A stretch of DNA of 22,563 nucleotides from Fibrobacterota bacterium (GTDB lineage: Bacteria > Fibrobacterota > Fibrobacteria > UBA11236): contig JAYUVP010000020.1 in assembly GCA_043753995.1 (NCBI GenBank), forward strand, positions 1 through 22,563, written 5' to 3'. Under the pieces are notes generated by a model. The model ran no database searches and was not told the origin of the DNA. It saw only the letters and a program-made list of their open reading frames with translations. The position numbers were made by a program, and so were the translations under genes. The first letter of the stretch is position 1. Each line of letters opens with the position of its first letter. Below are positions 10,001 through 18,630 of this stretch, piece after piece.

Positions 10001-12791
10001 TGGTGGGCAATTTATCCACGTAATCTAGGAGACCACCTTGCTCGCTTAATCCCTGTAGGTTCGGGCTAGAAGCCGTATAAACATTGTTAGAGAGTTTTGG
10101 CGATTTTCCCAAAATAGAAGAGTCTAAAGGCGTAGACACACCGCTAAGGAAATTAGAAGAAATAGTAGCTCCGAATGTAGTCGCGGTCGTTTTAAATCCG
10201 GTCATGGCCGCGCCGGTAGCAAAGGCCGTCGCATCCTCAATCAAGGTATTATTGACAAAGCGCAATTTATTCGCTGGCGTATTTTCGGCGAATAAGCCGG
10301 TGGCAAATCCCCAAATAATATTATTGACCACGTCTACCGAACCCGTCATTTGCCTTAATTGAAGAGCTGAGCCCTTCGCGATGGCATTCCCACTTGCACG
10401 AAAAAAATTCCCATCAATACGAATACTATCGGCTGTCGTATCTAGTCTCACCGCAGCCTGAGCTGAACCCGAAGGCATTTCAAATATCAAACCTTTTAAA
10501 ATCACGTTTTTGCGCTTTATAATAAGAGCTGGTGATGACGAGTCTCCACGAAAAACCGGTCTAGGTTCTTTATAAGAGCCGTTGAAAGGCTCGGCCCGGA
10601 CCGTAATCGTCGCCTTCGAGGTATCGGATTTGATTGTGATATTTTTAAACGAAGGGGTGTTTGCAGTTCTTGTAATAATGAGTTGTCCGCCTAATTTGGC
10701 CATCGATTTGAACGCGGTGTCCAAATTACACCAGGGATTGCTCTGATCTCCCCGTTGAGTATTACAAACAGCATCAAGCGAAACATATTGCGTATTGGAA
10801 GAGTTTTGGTTTACCGCAAGTGTACGGGAAAGTAAAGCCTCTCTATTACCCAGAGCTCGACTATTACCCACCTTGCCAATGGGCGTGAAGTAAACTTGAA
10901 CGTTCACGTTGCCCTTCAGGGAAAGATCTAGGCTAATGTTAATGGGCAAGTTGGTAATGGGTTTGGTTGTAGAATCCAATGGGCTTGAATTATCAGCGTT
11001 CCGAGCAATCATTTTGACACTATCAATGACTTCAACGCCTGGGGTAACTCTCACGTTTATTTTGCCAGCAGAAAGGTCGGAATCATTTCCCGTATAGGCA
11101 ATGGTCAAATCATTTACCGGATATCTAGGAATGCCGACGACGGTGGCGATGGCCTTGGTGCTGACGTGGGCGAAACCAGCGGTATTTTTTTGAACGGCCT
11201 TAACATAAACCGTACCGCCCCCGCGTAAGCTATTCGGCACGGAAAAAACCGAATCCGTGAATGGATAAGCTCGGCTTACCAAGGTCACCGTTGCGATTGC
11301 GGCTAAGCCAGCACTGTCATCCGTAGATAATTTTGATATTGCATCGGCGAAAGCAAAAAAGACCGTTGCCGGCGGAATTCGCTTCCCGTAATAATTCGAG
11401 TCCAGGCGAAAACTGGAAACCTTGATCTTGGTGGTATCGGTCGCCTTCAGGAAAGCCAAAGAACCAAGGCTAGTATCTAAGGGGCTGGGAAGATTATTGT
11501 TGGCCACATCTAGATTAATAAAGCAACCTACCTTGACGGCGGATATCCAATTTTGTCCCTGAGGGAATAAGGGCAGAAAGGGTTCGGAATCAAAGTAAAA
11601 ATGGCTCGATGTGGCTGCTAAGCTTGCAATGGAAGGCGTGTTCGCTGGATAGTTATTGAAAATTTCCGGTAGGGTGCCGAATGTAGCGCCGCTTCGCGCC
11701 AAGGTGGGGTCAGTGAGCATTTGACTGATCGGATAACTCTTTTTGCTAATGGCATCGGCATAATTGGAAAAACCCAATGGCATACGGACATTAGCATTGC
11801 TATCCGTAGCTCCAGAAATCACGGGAGTGCTTGATCCTGTGGCAAGAAAAGCAGAAACGTTAGGAGTGCCACTTCCATAGGCATTGCGAAAGAAACTGAC
11901 ATTCACGGGGGAAGCTATGGTGTTTTCAAAAAAGATGGGTACTCGATTATCCAGCTTCGTCGCAAATAAATTATTCCAAATTTTCGGTTCAGTAGGAGTT
12001 GGGGTAATTGGTTTGAATTCAACGGGGCTATGGGAGTTACGGCTTCCTACAAAGGAATTGGCATATAGGTGAAGACTCGCTTTTGAGAGATACATGCCGG
12101 TGGAAACAAATAGGTTGGCTCGCACTTCTAATTTTCCAGAAGCGCCCCCACTGAATATCGCCAGGGTTCGACCCAGCACCGCGCTAGAACTTGCTACGGG
12201 GGCACGAAATAAACAACGCTCAATGAGGACCGAGTCATCCGCCACCTTTATCAAGGCGGCTCCCGTGTCTAGAGCCGAACCTACGGGATAGTCCGAATTA
12301 TCAATTGTCCCAAAATCGCAATTGCGCACTATGCTATTGGCTCCATTCAAGGTCACCGAAGGATTGGCGTTGTTGAGGAACCTCCGCGCGAAGGAAACAT
12401 ATTCCAAGGTCACCGGAGTCGTTGCTAGGAATAGCCCGGTATTCGAGGAACTGTTTTCAGTCAAGGTGATATTGGTATTGGGAACTCCAATACGTGAGGT
12501 TTTCAAACTCAATCTGCGGCCAGGGTTTCCGGGACGCGATCCATTAATGGGGTTGGAGAGCCTTAAAGTATCCGCCGTATGAATTAGTTGCACGGCTAGG
12601 TTAGTTGTCGCGCATGTGCCATTACTGAGGATCGTATTCAGGCCATTGGTTGCATTAGGATCAAGTACACCGGTCAAGGACGTATAACCCGGCAATGTAT
12701 CGACTCTAATGGTATCGGAAGCACACTGGGCATTGGCCCCGTGCAGACCTGCGACTGCCCACAATAACACCACACCTAATAAACGCCTCAT
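7029..12791 (-). CDS. Giant secreted protein: signal peptide, two parallel beta-helix-like modules, Ig/FN3-like spacers, C-terminal FlgD-Ig/T9SS-type sorting domain
   Basis: 1920 aa. Sec signal MRRLLGVVLLWAVAGLHGANA|Q. Asn-ladder repeats (IVRNCDF, RANLF, WNNLF, VVNNII, FVNNTL). GDQSNPWCNLDTA and DFLGKDRFGKHEVGAIE caps. C-terminus LANYPNPF..TRIRYDLP..IDMLGKTI..FTWDGR..APGRY. Confidence 0.8.
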   Translation of the reverse strand: MRRLLGVVLLWAVAGLHGANAQCASDTIRVDTLPGYTSLTGVLDPNATNGLNTILSNGTCATTNLAVQLIHTADTLRLSNPINGSRPGNPGRRLSLKTSRIGVPNTNITLTENSSSNTGLFLATTPVTLEYVSFARRFLNNANPSVTLNGANSIVRNCDFGTIDNSDYPVGSALDTGAALIKVADDSVLIERCLFRAPVASSSAVLGRTLAIFSGGASGKLEVRANLFVSTGMYLSKASLHLYANSFVGSRNSHSPVEFKPITPTPTEPKIWNNLFATKLDNRVPIFFENTIASPVNVSFFRNAYGSGTPNVSAFLATGSSTPVISGATDSNANVRMPLGFSNYADAISKKSYPISQMLTDPTLARSGATFGTLPEIFNNYPANTPSIASLAATSSHFYFDSEPFLPLFPQGQNWISAVKVGCFINLDVANNNLPSPLDTSLGSLAFLKATDTTKIKVSSFRLDSNYYGKRIPPATVFFAFADAISKLSTDDSAGLAAIATVTLVSRAYPFTDSVFSVPNSLRGGGTVYVKAVQKNTAGFAHVSTKAIATVVGIPRYPVNDLTIAYTGNDSDLSAGKINVRVTPGVEVIDSVKMIARNADNSSPLDSTTKPITNLPINISLDLSLKGNVNVQVYFTPIGKVGNSRALGNREALLSRTLAVNQNSSNTQYVSLDAVCNTQRGDQSNPWCNLDTAFKSMAKLGGQLIITRTANTPSFKNITIKSDTSKATITVRAEPFNGSYKEPRPVFRGDSSSPALIIKRKNVILKGLIFEMPSGSAQAAVRLDTTADSIRIDGNFFRASGNAIAKGSALQLRQMTGSVDVVNNIIWGFATGLFAENTPANKLRFVNNTLIEDATAFATGAAMTGFKTTATTFGATISSNFLSGVSTPLDSSILGKSPKLSNNVYTASSPNLQGLSEQGGLLDYVDKLPTKDLSGPKIQDSLNAFFNGSFGKLDCSGSRTCNSLLAGSSTLSDSIVAQDFLGKDRFGKHEVGAIELDTFDVSYGRGYLKIKALPASNDPTTVIATITSRNSDLTLADSVLVWYTDKSSTSPTSPDAKGHIAKPLDSLFGVGFTHSFRGLDGQKEYTFCAAFFNSSGSTRNTGYVYQSKLTTGVRQFHSGDTIDVAKNPGSEFPGVDAVFADTEGTFTAKLNFNEAISSGTICPPTVNGQLIHKTGFEFMLNSPRIRACIDNSNLGVNKSKLNWTLKIIFTDSKFLTAPITAEHLYAFPDQGLPKYVPSWDTLSNASGDVIGIEINGEWSGTYDYQFGHLNLTTKPGIVAAIALDTLDYRNLTGETSIPIKLNLQGSNFRTSNPLILATPIPAGSKFTDGSTIKSPLAKDYFSKTRVLSSGLSGLNDTLSEERFQVYFTKSALAESTQTKSDSLTVRPFSLPTGLSTKQLLDGTKLDSANLSIDANGALSSANFSLPLNAHAHEEDNGGGSASRSIEVVFTVFDGGKISASSTFIRTRFNDGMLITKHKVPPVVNGAGETAYTDHSARMWHLFSYPWDEDLGDEDSLNFLLGKISNGWNGADMLVYRYNGNEQKTAAYDVFKGVEASKWPYDSTRALWTATIKPYAPYCRSGLSLDYQPFNLSIPANKWTEFGLPFNFPIRWRDIVAASNPAPGDLFRFIPGEQKWRKVEPDSIIYPWQGLAIRPLANSVLVFPVVDANRSPKPLAKAAVNSVIWSASIQAKNASASMELRIGQSKRPSVYSQAPNAPGQNFRVDLNYQGVPVSEVILPESESSLRIWPLEMRATGEDAQDLQLVVHHQEGDIPLFLVEVGSQTVTPLLDGQPIMISAKAAASKEYRLAAGEDMLPEALGQGASIFFMKLANYPNPFQGVTRIRYDLPAQHRSVTYQIRMIDMLGKTIFSRMLSGANRLDFTWDGRSDRQEIVAPGRYHLTVEAKSATGVKFRADRDLIKL

Positions 12792-12871
12792 CCGTATCCT
12801 ACCCTTACCTGTTAGCCTGACCCATGAGAGTCATGGAGTGAGGTTTTCACAGCCTGGAAATCCCAAGCTCC

Positions 12872-12915
12872 TACTTGCCAAAATAAGCCGATTTTGGCCA
12901 ATTAGTACTTGCCAA
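12872..12915. promoter_or_regulatory. Direct repeat TACTTGCCAA x2 with an inverted repeat GCCAAAAT-N6-ATTTTGGC (possible operator)
   Basis: Direct repeats at 12872-12881 and 12906-12915; inverted repeat at 12877-12898, between the giant gene and the tRNA. Confidence 0.35.
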
Positions 12916-12936
12916 TGTTAGTTTTTTTGATACCTT
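12909..12936 (+). promoter_or_regulatory. Putative sigma70-like promoter of tRNA-Glu
   Basis: TTGCCA-N16-TACCTT ending 11 nt before the tRNA 5' end. Confidence 0.35.
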
Positions 12937-12947
12937 TTCCACCTCTT

Positions 12948-13022
12948 GGTGTGTTCGTCTAGTGGTTAGGACGCTGCCCTCTCACGGCGGAAGCAGGGGT
13001 TCAACTCCCCTACGCACTACCA
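12948..13022 (+). tRNA. tRNA-Glu (anticodon CTC)
   Basis: Cloverleaf: acceptor GGTGTGT/ACGCACT, D-arm GTCT..AGGAC, anticodon arm CTGCC-CTCTCAC-GGCGG, T-arm AGGGG-TTCAACT-CCCCT, encoded CCA. Confidence 0.97.
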
Positions 13023-13046
13023 GTCTACTGTATCGACTGGTCTTTT
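13019..13046 (+). terminator. Possible intrinsic terminator overlapping the tRNA 3' end
   Basis: ACCAGTC/GACTGGT stem followed by CTTTT. Confidence 0.4.
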
Positions 13047-13308
13047 ACCGCCCATCTCAGAATACATTACTGAAAGTAGCCTGCCACAGGCAGGATTTAC
13101 CCATACTTTCGCATCCAAAATTTCATTCTCATGCGATGATTTTTGCTTTTCTACCCCTCAGATGCTGTTTCCAAAGGAAATAGAGTGGGATTGAGGTCGA
13201 TTTTGTCACTAAATGGGTTCGACACTTTTTTCAAACGCTACTTAAATTGACTCTCCTATGATTTCCGCGAGGCGGAATCTCCCACCTTCTTTCCCTCAAT
13301 AAGGTCCC

Positions 13309-14541
13309 ATGGAAAATTTGTTGGCCATGATCCTGGCAGGCGGCCAAGGCACGCGCTTGCAGCCGCTCACCAGCGAGCGCGCCAAACCGGCGGTCCATTT
13401 CGCGGGAAAATACCGCGTCATCGATTTTGTCCTGAACAATTTCGTCAATTCGGGTTTTTATCGCCTGAAGGTCTTGACTCAATTCAAGTCTGATTCCCTC
13501 AATCGTCATGTCGCCGCAGCTTGGGACATGAACCGATATTTGGATCAGTATGTCGATTTGGTTCCCGCGCAAATGCGCACGGGAGGCAATTGGTATACGG
13601 GCACGGCGGATGCGATATATCAAAACGTCAACCTCATTCGCGACATGCGTCCGGATTTGGTTGCTGTTTTTGGCGGCGATCACATTTACAAGATGAATGT
13701 GATGCAAATGGTTCAATACCACATTCAAAAGGCGGCCTTGGCTACCATATCGGCCATTCCCGTGCCTATCGACCAGGCCTCAGCCTTCGGCGTGGTGGAA
13801 GTCGATGCCGATGGACGCATGATCGGCTTCGAAGAAAAGCCCAGTCGCCCCAAGGCCATGCCTGGGCGTCCAGGCTGGGCCTTGGCCTCCATGGGCAATT
13901 ACCTATTCAACAGCAAATTCCTGGTTCGCGAATTGCTTTCGGATAGCAAGCTGGAAAACAGCATGCACGACTTTGGTCGCGACATCTTGCCTTCGATTTA
14001 CAATCATCACCCGGTTTACGTTTACGACTTCGCCTCGAATATGATTCCCGGTGAAACCGAACGATGCCGTGGGTATTGGCGCGATATCGGGACCTTAGAG
14101 GCTCTTTACGAGGCTAATATGGATTGCTGCGCGGTAAGTCCGATTTTCAACCTGTACAACCCCAAATGGCCTTTGCGGACGCTCAATTGGAACTTGCCTC
14201 CCGCGAAATTCGTTTTCGGTGAAGGCGATCCCGAAGGTCGTCGGGGCGAAGCCCATGACTCCATCGTTTGTGAAGGCTGCATCCTCTCCGGCGGTCGCAT
14301 TTCACGAACCATTTTGTCACCCGGCTGCTACATACACAGTCATGCCCAGATCACCGATTCGATTCTTTTCCCCAATGTCGATGTAGGACGTGGAGCCAAA
14401 TTGCATCGCGTCATCGTCGAAAAAGGCATTCGTATTCCCCCAGGCCTCGAAGTGGGCTTTGATTTGAAAAAAGACAGCGAACGCTTTGTCGTCACCGAAG
14501 ACGGCATTGTGGTCATTCCCAAGGACACAGTCATCGAATGA
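13309..14541 (+). CDS. glgC: Glucose-1-phosphate adenylyltransferase
   Basis: [49 protein letters not shown] and a C-terminal left-handed beta-helix. Confidence 0.96.
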   Translation: MENLLAMILAGGQGTRLQPLTSERAKPAVHFAGKYRVIDFVLNNFVNSGFYRLKVLTQFKSDSLNRHVAAAWDMNRYLDQYVDLVPAQMRTGGNWYTGTADAIYQNVNLIRDMRPDLVAVFGGDHIYKMNVMQMVQYHIQKAALATISAIPVPIDQASAFGVVEVDADGRMIGFEEKPSRPKAMPGRPGWALASMGNYLFNSKFLVRELLSDSKLENSMHDFGRDILPSIYNHHPVYVYDFASNMIPGETERCRGYWRDIGTLEALYEANMDCCAVSPIFNLYNPKWPLRTLNWNLPPAKFVFGEGDPEGRRGEAHDSIVCEGCILSGGRISRTILSPGCYIHSHAQITDSILFPNVDVGRGAKLHRVIVEKGIRIPPGLEVGFDLKKDSERFVVTEDGIVVIPKDTVIE

Positions 14542-15908
14542 ATCTTTCCATTTTCCGCGAATATGATATTCGGGGCGTTGTGCCCCGCGATTTGGACGAC
14601 GATGGCGTCATTCGCATAGCCAAGGCTTTCGGCACCTTATTGCGCTCGCAGGGCAAAAAGCGCATTTCCGTGGGCGGCGACGTTCGCCTTTCCACCGCGT
14701 CCATCAAGGCGGCTTTCATCAAGGCCGTGAATGAGACTGGCATCGATGTCATCGACATCGGTTATGTGACCACGCCCTTGTGCTATTTCAGCGCTTTTCA
14801 TCTTGATGTGGACGGCTTTGCCATGATTACGGCCAGCCATAATCCCGCGAATTACAATGGCTTTAAACTCGGCGTTGGCAAGACCACGATATTCGGTCAA
14901 GACATTGTCGCTTTGCGTGATTCCGCTTTGAAAGGCGAATTTGCTACCGGCCATGGCCAATGCGTCGCTCAAGACATTACCGAAGACTATATCGGCTATT
15001 TGGCCGAGCGATTTCATTTCAAATCCAGACCGCGCATTGTGCTCGATCCCGCCAATGCCACCGGCGCCCTTTTTGGAAAGCGTCTATTCGAGCGCCTGGG
15101 AGCGGAAGTCATCGGTCTCTATGACACCGTCGATGGACGCTTCCCGAATCATCATCCCGACCCAACGGTTGCAGAAAATGTGGTCGAGTTATGCAAAGCC
15201 GTGGTAGCCCATAAAGCCCATGTCGGCATTGGCCTCGATGGCGATAGTGATCGCATCGGCGTGGTCAATGAATTGGGACAATTGATCCCTGGGGACTTAT
15301 TGACCTTGATTTATGCTCGGGACATTTTGGAAAAACAGCCCGGCGCCAAAATCATCTTTGAAGTGAAGTCCACCTTGGCTCTCGATGAAGGCATTCGCGC
15401 TGCTGGGGGCGTGCCCATTATGTGGAAAGTCGGTCATAGCCTACTCAAGAAAAAAATGGCCGAAGAAAACGCTCCCTTGGCGGGCGAGGTATCCGGCCAT
15501 GTCTTTTTCGCCGATCGCTATTTCGGCTATGATGACGCCATCTATGCTGGCTGCCGTATTTTGGAAATCCTCGATCGCACTGGAAAGACGCCCTCGCAAT
15601 TGCTGGCCGATGTGCCGCGCTATCCCAATACGCCTGAAATACGTTGCGGCTGCAAGGATGATGCGGATAAATTTCGCATTGCTAATCTGGCCGTGGAGCA
15701 TTTTTCCAAGGTGGCCAAGGCCATCACCATCGACGGCATACGCATTCTCTATCCCGACGGATGGGGCTTGGTACGCGCTTCAAATACCCAACCAAGCCTT
15801 GTGACTCGCTTTGAAGGCAAAACCCAGGCTGCCTGCGATCGAATTCAGCACGAAGTGCTGGAGACCTTGAAAACATTCGGTGAAATCGAGATCGGTATCA
15901 GCCACTGA
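14538..15908 (+). CDS. Phosphomannomutase/phosphoglucomutase (AlgC-like)
   Basis: IFREYDIRG, ITASHNP (phospho-Ser), DGDSDR metal loop, GEVSGH, GWGLVRASNT. ATGA overlap with glgC. Confidence 0.93.
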   Translation: MNLSIFREYDIRGVVPRDLDDDGVIRIAKAFGTLLRSQGKKRISVGGDVRLSTASIKAAFIKAVNETGIDVIDIGYVTTPLCYFSAFHLDVDGFAMITASHNPANYNGFKLGVGKTTIFGQDIVALRDSALKGEFATGHGQCVAQDITEDYIGYLAERFHFKSRPRIVLDPANATGALFGKRLFERLGAEVIGLYDTVDGRFPNHHPDPTVAENVVELCKAVVAHKAHVGIGLDGDSDRIGVVNELGQLIPGDLLTLIYARDILEKQPGAKIIFEVKSTLALDEGIRAAGGVPIMWKVGHSLLKKKMAEENAPLAGEVSGHVFFADRYFGYDDAIYAGCRILEILDRTGKTPSQLLADVPRYPNTPEIRCGCKDDADKFRIANLAVEHFSKVAKAITIDGIRILYPDGWGLVRASNTQPSLVTRFEGKTQAACDRIQHEVLETLKTFGEIEIGISH

Positions 15909-15936
15909 TACCAGATGGTATTTAAAGATTTGGGAG

Positions 15937-17091
15937 TTAACTCAAGGCTGCCGCGTCCGCGGCGGCCTTTTCTTTTTGCCCGTCTTCCGATGATTCCGGC
16001 TTGCCATTGAGATCCCCCAAGGCCTGAAAATCACGGCCCAAGGCAGCCTGGGGTGAAGCGAAAAAAGTTTCCAAATGGTCTTGAAATTCCGTCAGGCTTT
16101 GCGAACGCAAAAGGCTTAGGCGCGCCATGGCGCTACCGCGCTGCAATTTCATCAAGCGCGCCGCCATTTGTTTGGCCTTGCCCAGAAGCCGCATCTCAAT
16201 ATCCATTTCCTCGCGGAGCAAGGCCAAATAGTCAGCGAAGAGTTGCAGTTGTTCTTGTGCCGTTGGCTCGCGAGGAGCGATGCCATCGTATAAATCGGCG
16301 ATATCGCGAAACATCCAGGGATTGTGCATGGCCCCGCGCCCCACGGCAATGCCGTCCACACCATAACGCTCAAACTTGCCTATGGCGTCGGCGGCTGTGA
16401 GCACATCGCCATTGCCAATCACGGGGATGCGGGCCCGGGCCTTGGCCTCGGCGATGAGATTCCAATTGGCGAGGCCACGATAGGCCTGGGCGCGAGTGCG
16501 CCCATGAATGACCAAGGCCTGCGCGCCTTCGCCTTCGACAATATCCTGAGTGGCAAATAGGGTGATGAGATTGTCGTCCCATCCTACCCTGACCTTTACT
16601 GTGACCGGGATTTTCACCGCGGCCACTACGCTGCGCACGATATTGGCTAGGCGCGGCAAGTCTTTGAGCAAGCCGGAGCCGCCACCTTTGCTCACAACTC
16701 TGGGAGCGGGACAACCGCAATTGATTTCGACGAAGTCGGCCCCGGAGGCTTCCACGAATTGAGCACCCAAGGCCATTTTGCGCGGCTCGGATCCAAAGAT
16801 TTGCACGGTGAAGGGTCGCTCTTCTTCAGGCGAAAAGGCCATTTCCCGGAAAGCCTTCGGATTGCGCCGGGTGAGGCCTTCGACGGATATGAATTCCGAA
16901 ACTAAAAGCCCGGTGCGATAGCCGGTAAGCCTGGCTATAAGCCGCCGAAAGGGCATATCGGTAACCCCGGACATCGGCGCCAAATAAACATTGGGACCAA
17001 TGCGCTTACCGCCGACCTCATAGCTTTGCCGCACTTTCGCGGCGCGGCTCAGCAGGCTCGCGGTATCCAAAGGAGATTGGGGCAAAGGCAT
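15937..17091 (-). CDS. dusB: tRNA dihydrouridine synthase (DusB family)
   Basis: LAPMSGVTD, QIFG, INCGCP, GGGSGLL, PVTVKVR.G, HGRT, GNGDV, GRGA..NPW. Start uncertain: ATG at 17091 preferred over the ORF-track start at 17148. Confidence 0.88.
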   Translation of the reverse strand: MPLPQSPLDTASLLSRAAKVRQSYEVGGKRIGPNVYLAPMSGVTDMPFRRLIARLTGYRTGLLVSEFISVEGLTRRNPKAFREMAFSPEEERPFTVQIFGSEPRKMALGAQFVEASGADFVEINCGCPAPRVVSKGGGSGLLKDLPRLANIVRSVVAAVKIPVTVKVRVGWDDNLITLFATQDIVEGEGAQALVIHGRTRAQAYRGLANWNLIAEAKARARIPVIGNGDVLTAADAIGKFERYGVDGIAVGRGAMHNPWMFRDIADLYDGIAPREPTAQEQLQLFADYLALLREEMDIEMRLLGKAKQMAARLMKLQRGSAMARLSLLRSQSLTEFQDHLETFFASPQAALGRDFQALGDLNGKPESSEDGQKEKAAADAAALS

Positions 17092-17217
17092 AGGTGGAGA
17101 ATTTAAGTGATGGGCAGGGAGAAGTTTGGCAAGGCGAGGCAGGAACACCTCACCCCTAGGCTCAAATCACATCAAGCTCTTAAACAGCCCAAGAAAGACC
17201 TGCAAGAAATCCTGCCT

Positions 17218-18486
17218 TCACTCCCAACCGGGATAAATCGGAAATCGACTACCGAGGACACGGATTTGATCGTGCACGGTGCGCAGTTTTCCGTCATTCT
17301 GATGGTTTTGAATGGTGAAATCAATGAGATCCGCGATTTCCTTGGCTTCTGCTTCGCGCATGCCGCGTGTCGTCAAGGCAGGAGTCCCCAAGCGAATGCC
17401 ACTGGGATCAAGGGCCTTGCGTGTATCGAAGGGGACCGTGCTGCGGCTGCAGGAAATGCCCACCTTGTCCAGCGCCACCTCAGCGGCTTTGCCAGCCAAA
17501 TCCTTGTTGCGCAAATCCACCACCATGAGGTGATTGTCGGTACCGTCCGTCAAAACCTTATACCCACGCGCCATCAATTCGGCGGCCATGGCCTTGGCAT
17601 TGAGAATGGTTTGCTTGGCGTATTCGGCGAAGGACGGCAACAACGCCTCCTGAAAACAAACCGCCTTGGCGGCATTCACATGGTCGTGGGGGCCGCCTTG
17701 AATACCGGGGAAAATCGAGCGATCGATGTCCTTGGCGAAGGCCGATTTGCACATGATGATGGCGCCGCGCGGGCCACGCAAGGTCTTGTGTGTGGTCGTC
17801 GTGACGATGTCGAAAATGGAAACTGGATTTTCGATTTGCTTGCCAGCGATGAGGCCCGCGATATGGGCGATGTCGGCGAAAGTCACCGCACCCACTTCAT
17901 CGGCAATGCTTTTGAAAGCCTTCCAGTCGATGTCACGCGAATACGCGGAAAAGCCCGCGATAATCATGCGCGGCTTTTCGCGCTTAGCGATGTCACGCAC
18001 CTTGTCCATGTCAATACGCTGGGTCTTTTCGTCGACTTCGTATTGCACGAATTGATACATCAAACCGGAAAAGTTCACGGGATGGCCATGCGATAAATGG
18101 CCGCCATGGTCGAGCTTGAGGCCCAAAACTTTGTCGCCGGGCTTGGCCACGGCCATATAAACCGCGAGATTGGCGGGTGAGCCTGACAAGGGCTGCACAT
18201 TGACATGCTCAGCACCAAAAAGCTGCTTGGCGCGGGCAATGGCGAGGCTTTCCATTTCGTCGACCACCTCATTGCCGCCATAGTAGCGCTTGCCCACATA
18301 GCCTTCGCTGTACTTATTCGTCATCACCGAACCCATGGCTTCCATGACGGCGCGGCTGGTGTAATTCTCGGAAGCGATGAGCTCGATGCCTTCTTCTTGG
18401 CGATCGCGTTCCTTGCGGATAATGCCGTCAATTTCGGGATCGATGGCCGAAAGCGTTTGGGATAGGGCATTCAGGGGAAGGTTCAT
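17218..18486 (-). CDS. glyA: Serine hydroxymethyltransferase
   Basis: LIASENY, NKYSEGY...RYYGG, GGHLSHG, TTTTHKTLRGPRG (PLP Lys), FPGIQGGP, SGIRLGTPA. Confidence 0.98.
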   Translation of the reverse strand: MNLPLNALSQTLSAIDPEIDGIIRKERDRQEEGIELIASENYTSRAVMEAMGSVMTNKYSEGYVGKRYYGGNEVVDEMESLAIARAKQLFGAEHVNVQPLSGSPANLAVYMAVAKPGDKVLGLKLDHGGHLSHGHPVNFSGLMYQFVQYEVDEKTQRIDMDKVRDIAKREKPRMIIAGFSAYSRDIDWKAFKSIADEVGAVTFADIAHIAGLIAGKQIENPVSIFDIVTTTTHKTLRGPRGAIIMCKSAFAKDIDRSIFPGIQGGPHDHVNAAKAVCFQEALLPSFAEYAKQTILNAKAMAAELMARGYKVLTDGTDNHLMVVDLRNKDLAGKAAEVALDKVGISCSRSTVPFDTRKALDPSGIRLGTPALTTRGMREAEAKEIADLIDFTIQNHQNDGKLRTVHDQIRVLGSRFPIYPGWE

Positions 18487-18630
18487 GGCGACAAGGGCTC
18501 CTGAGTGAGGCGACTCTGGGTGAAAAGCGAAAATAACAACCGGGCTGGCCTAAGGGATCCGGCCCATTCAACTTTTCCCATCGGCTAGAGCGCGAGGGGC
18601 AGCTCTTGCTTTGTCTAGGGAAGCTTTAGG

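Noticed and set aside
12962..13183. 73-aa ORF
   Set aside because: Starts inside the tRNA gene; spurious.
12948..13230. tRNA-anchored genomic island or att site
   Set aside because: No integrase and no duplicated tRNA 3' end (GGGTTCGA near 13215 is too short). The low-GC gene lies on the tRNA's 5' side.
17107..18096. 329-aa plus-strand ORF
   Set aside because: Antisense shadow of glyA with no recognisable motifs; expected from codon bias.
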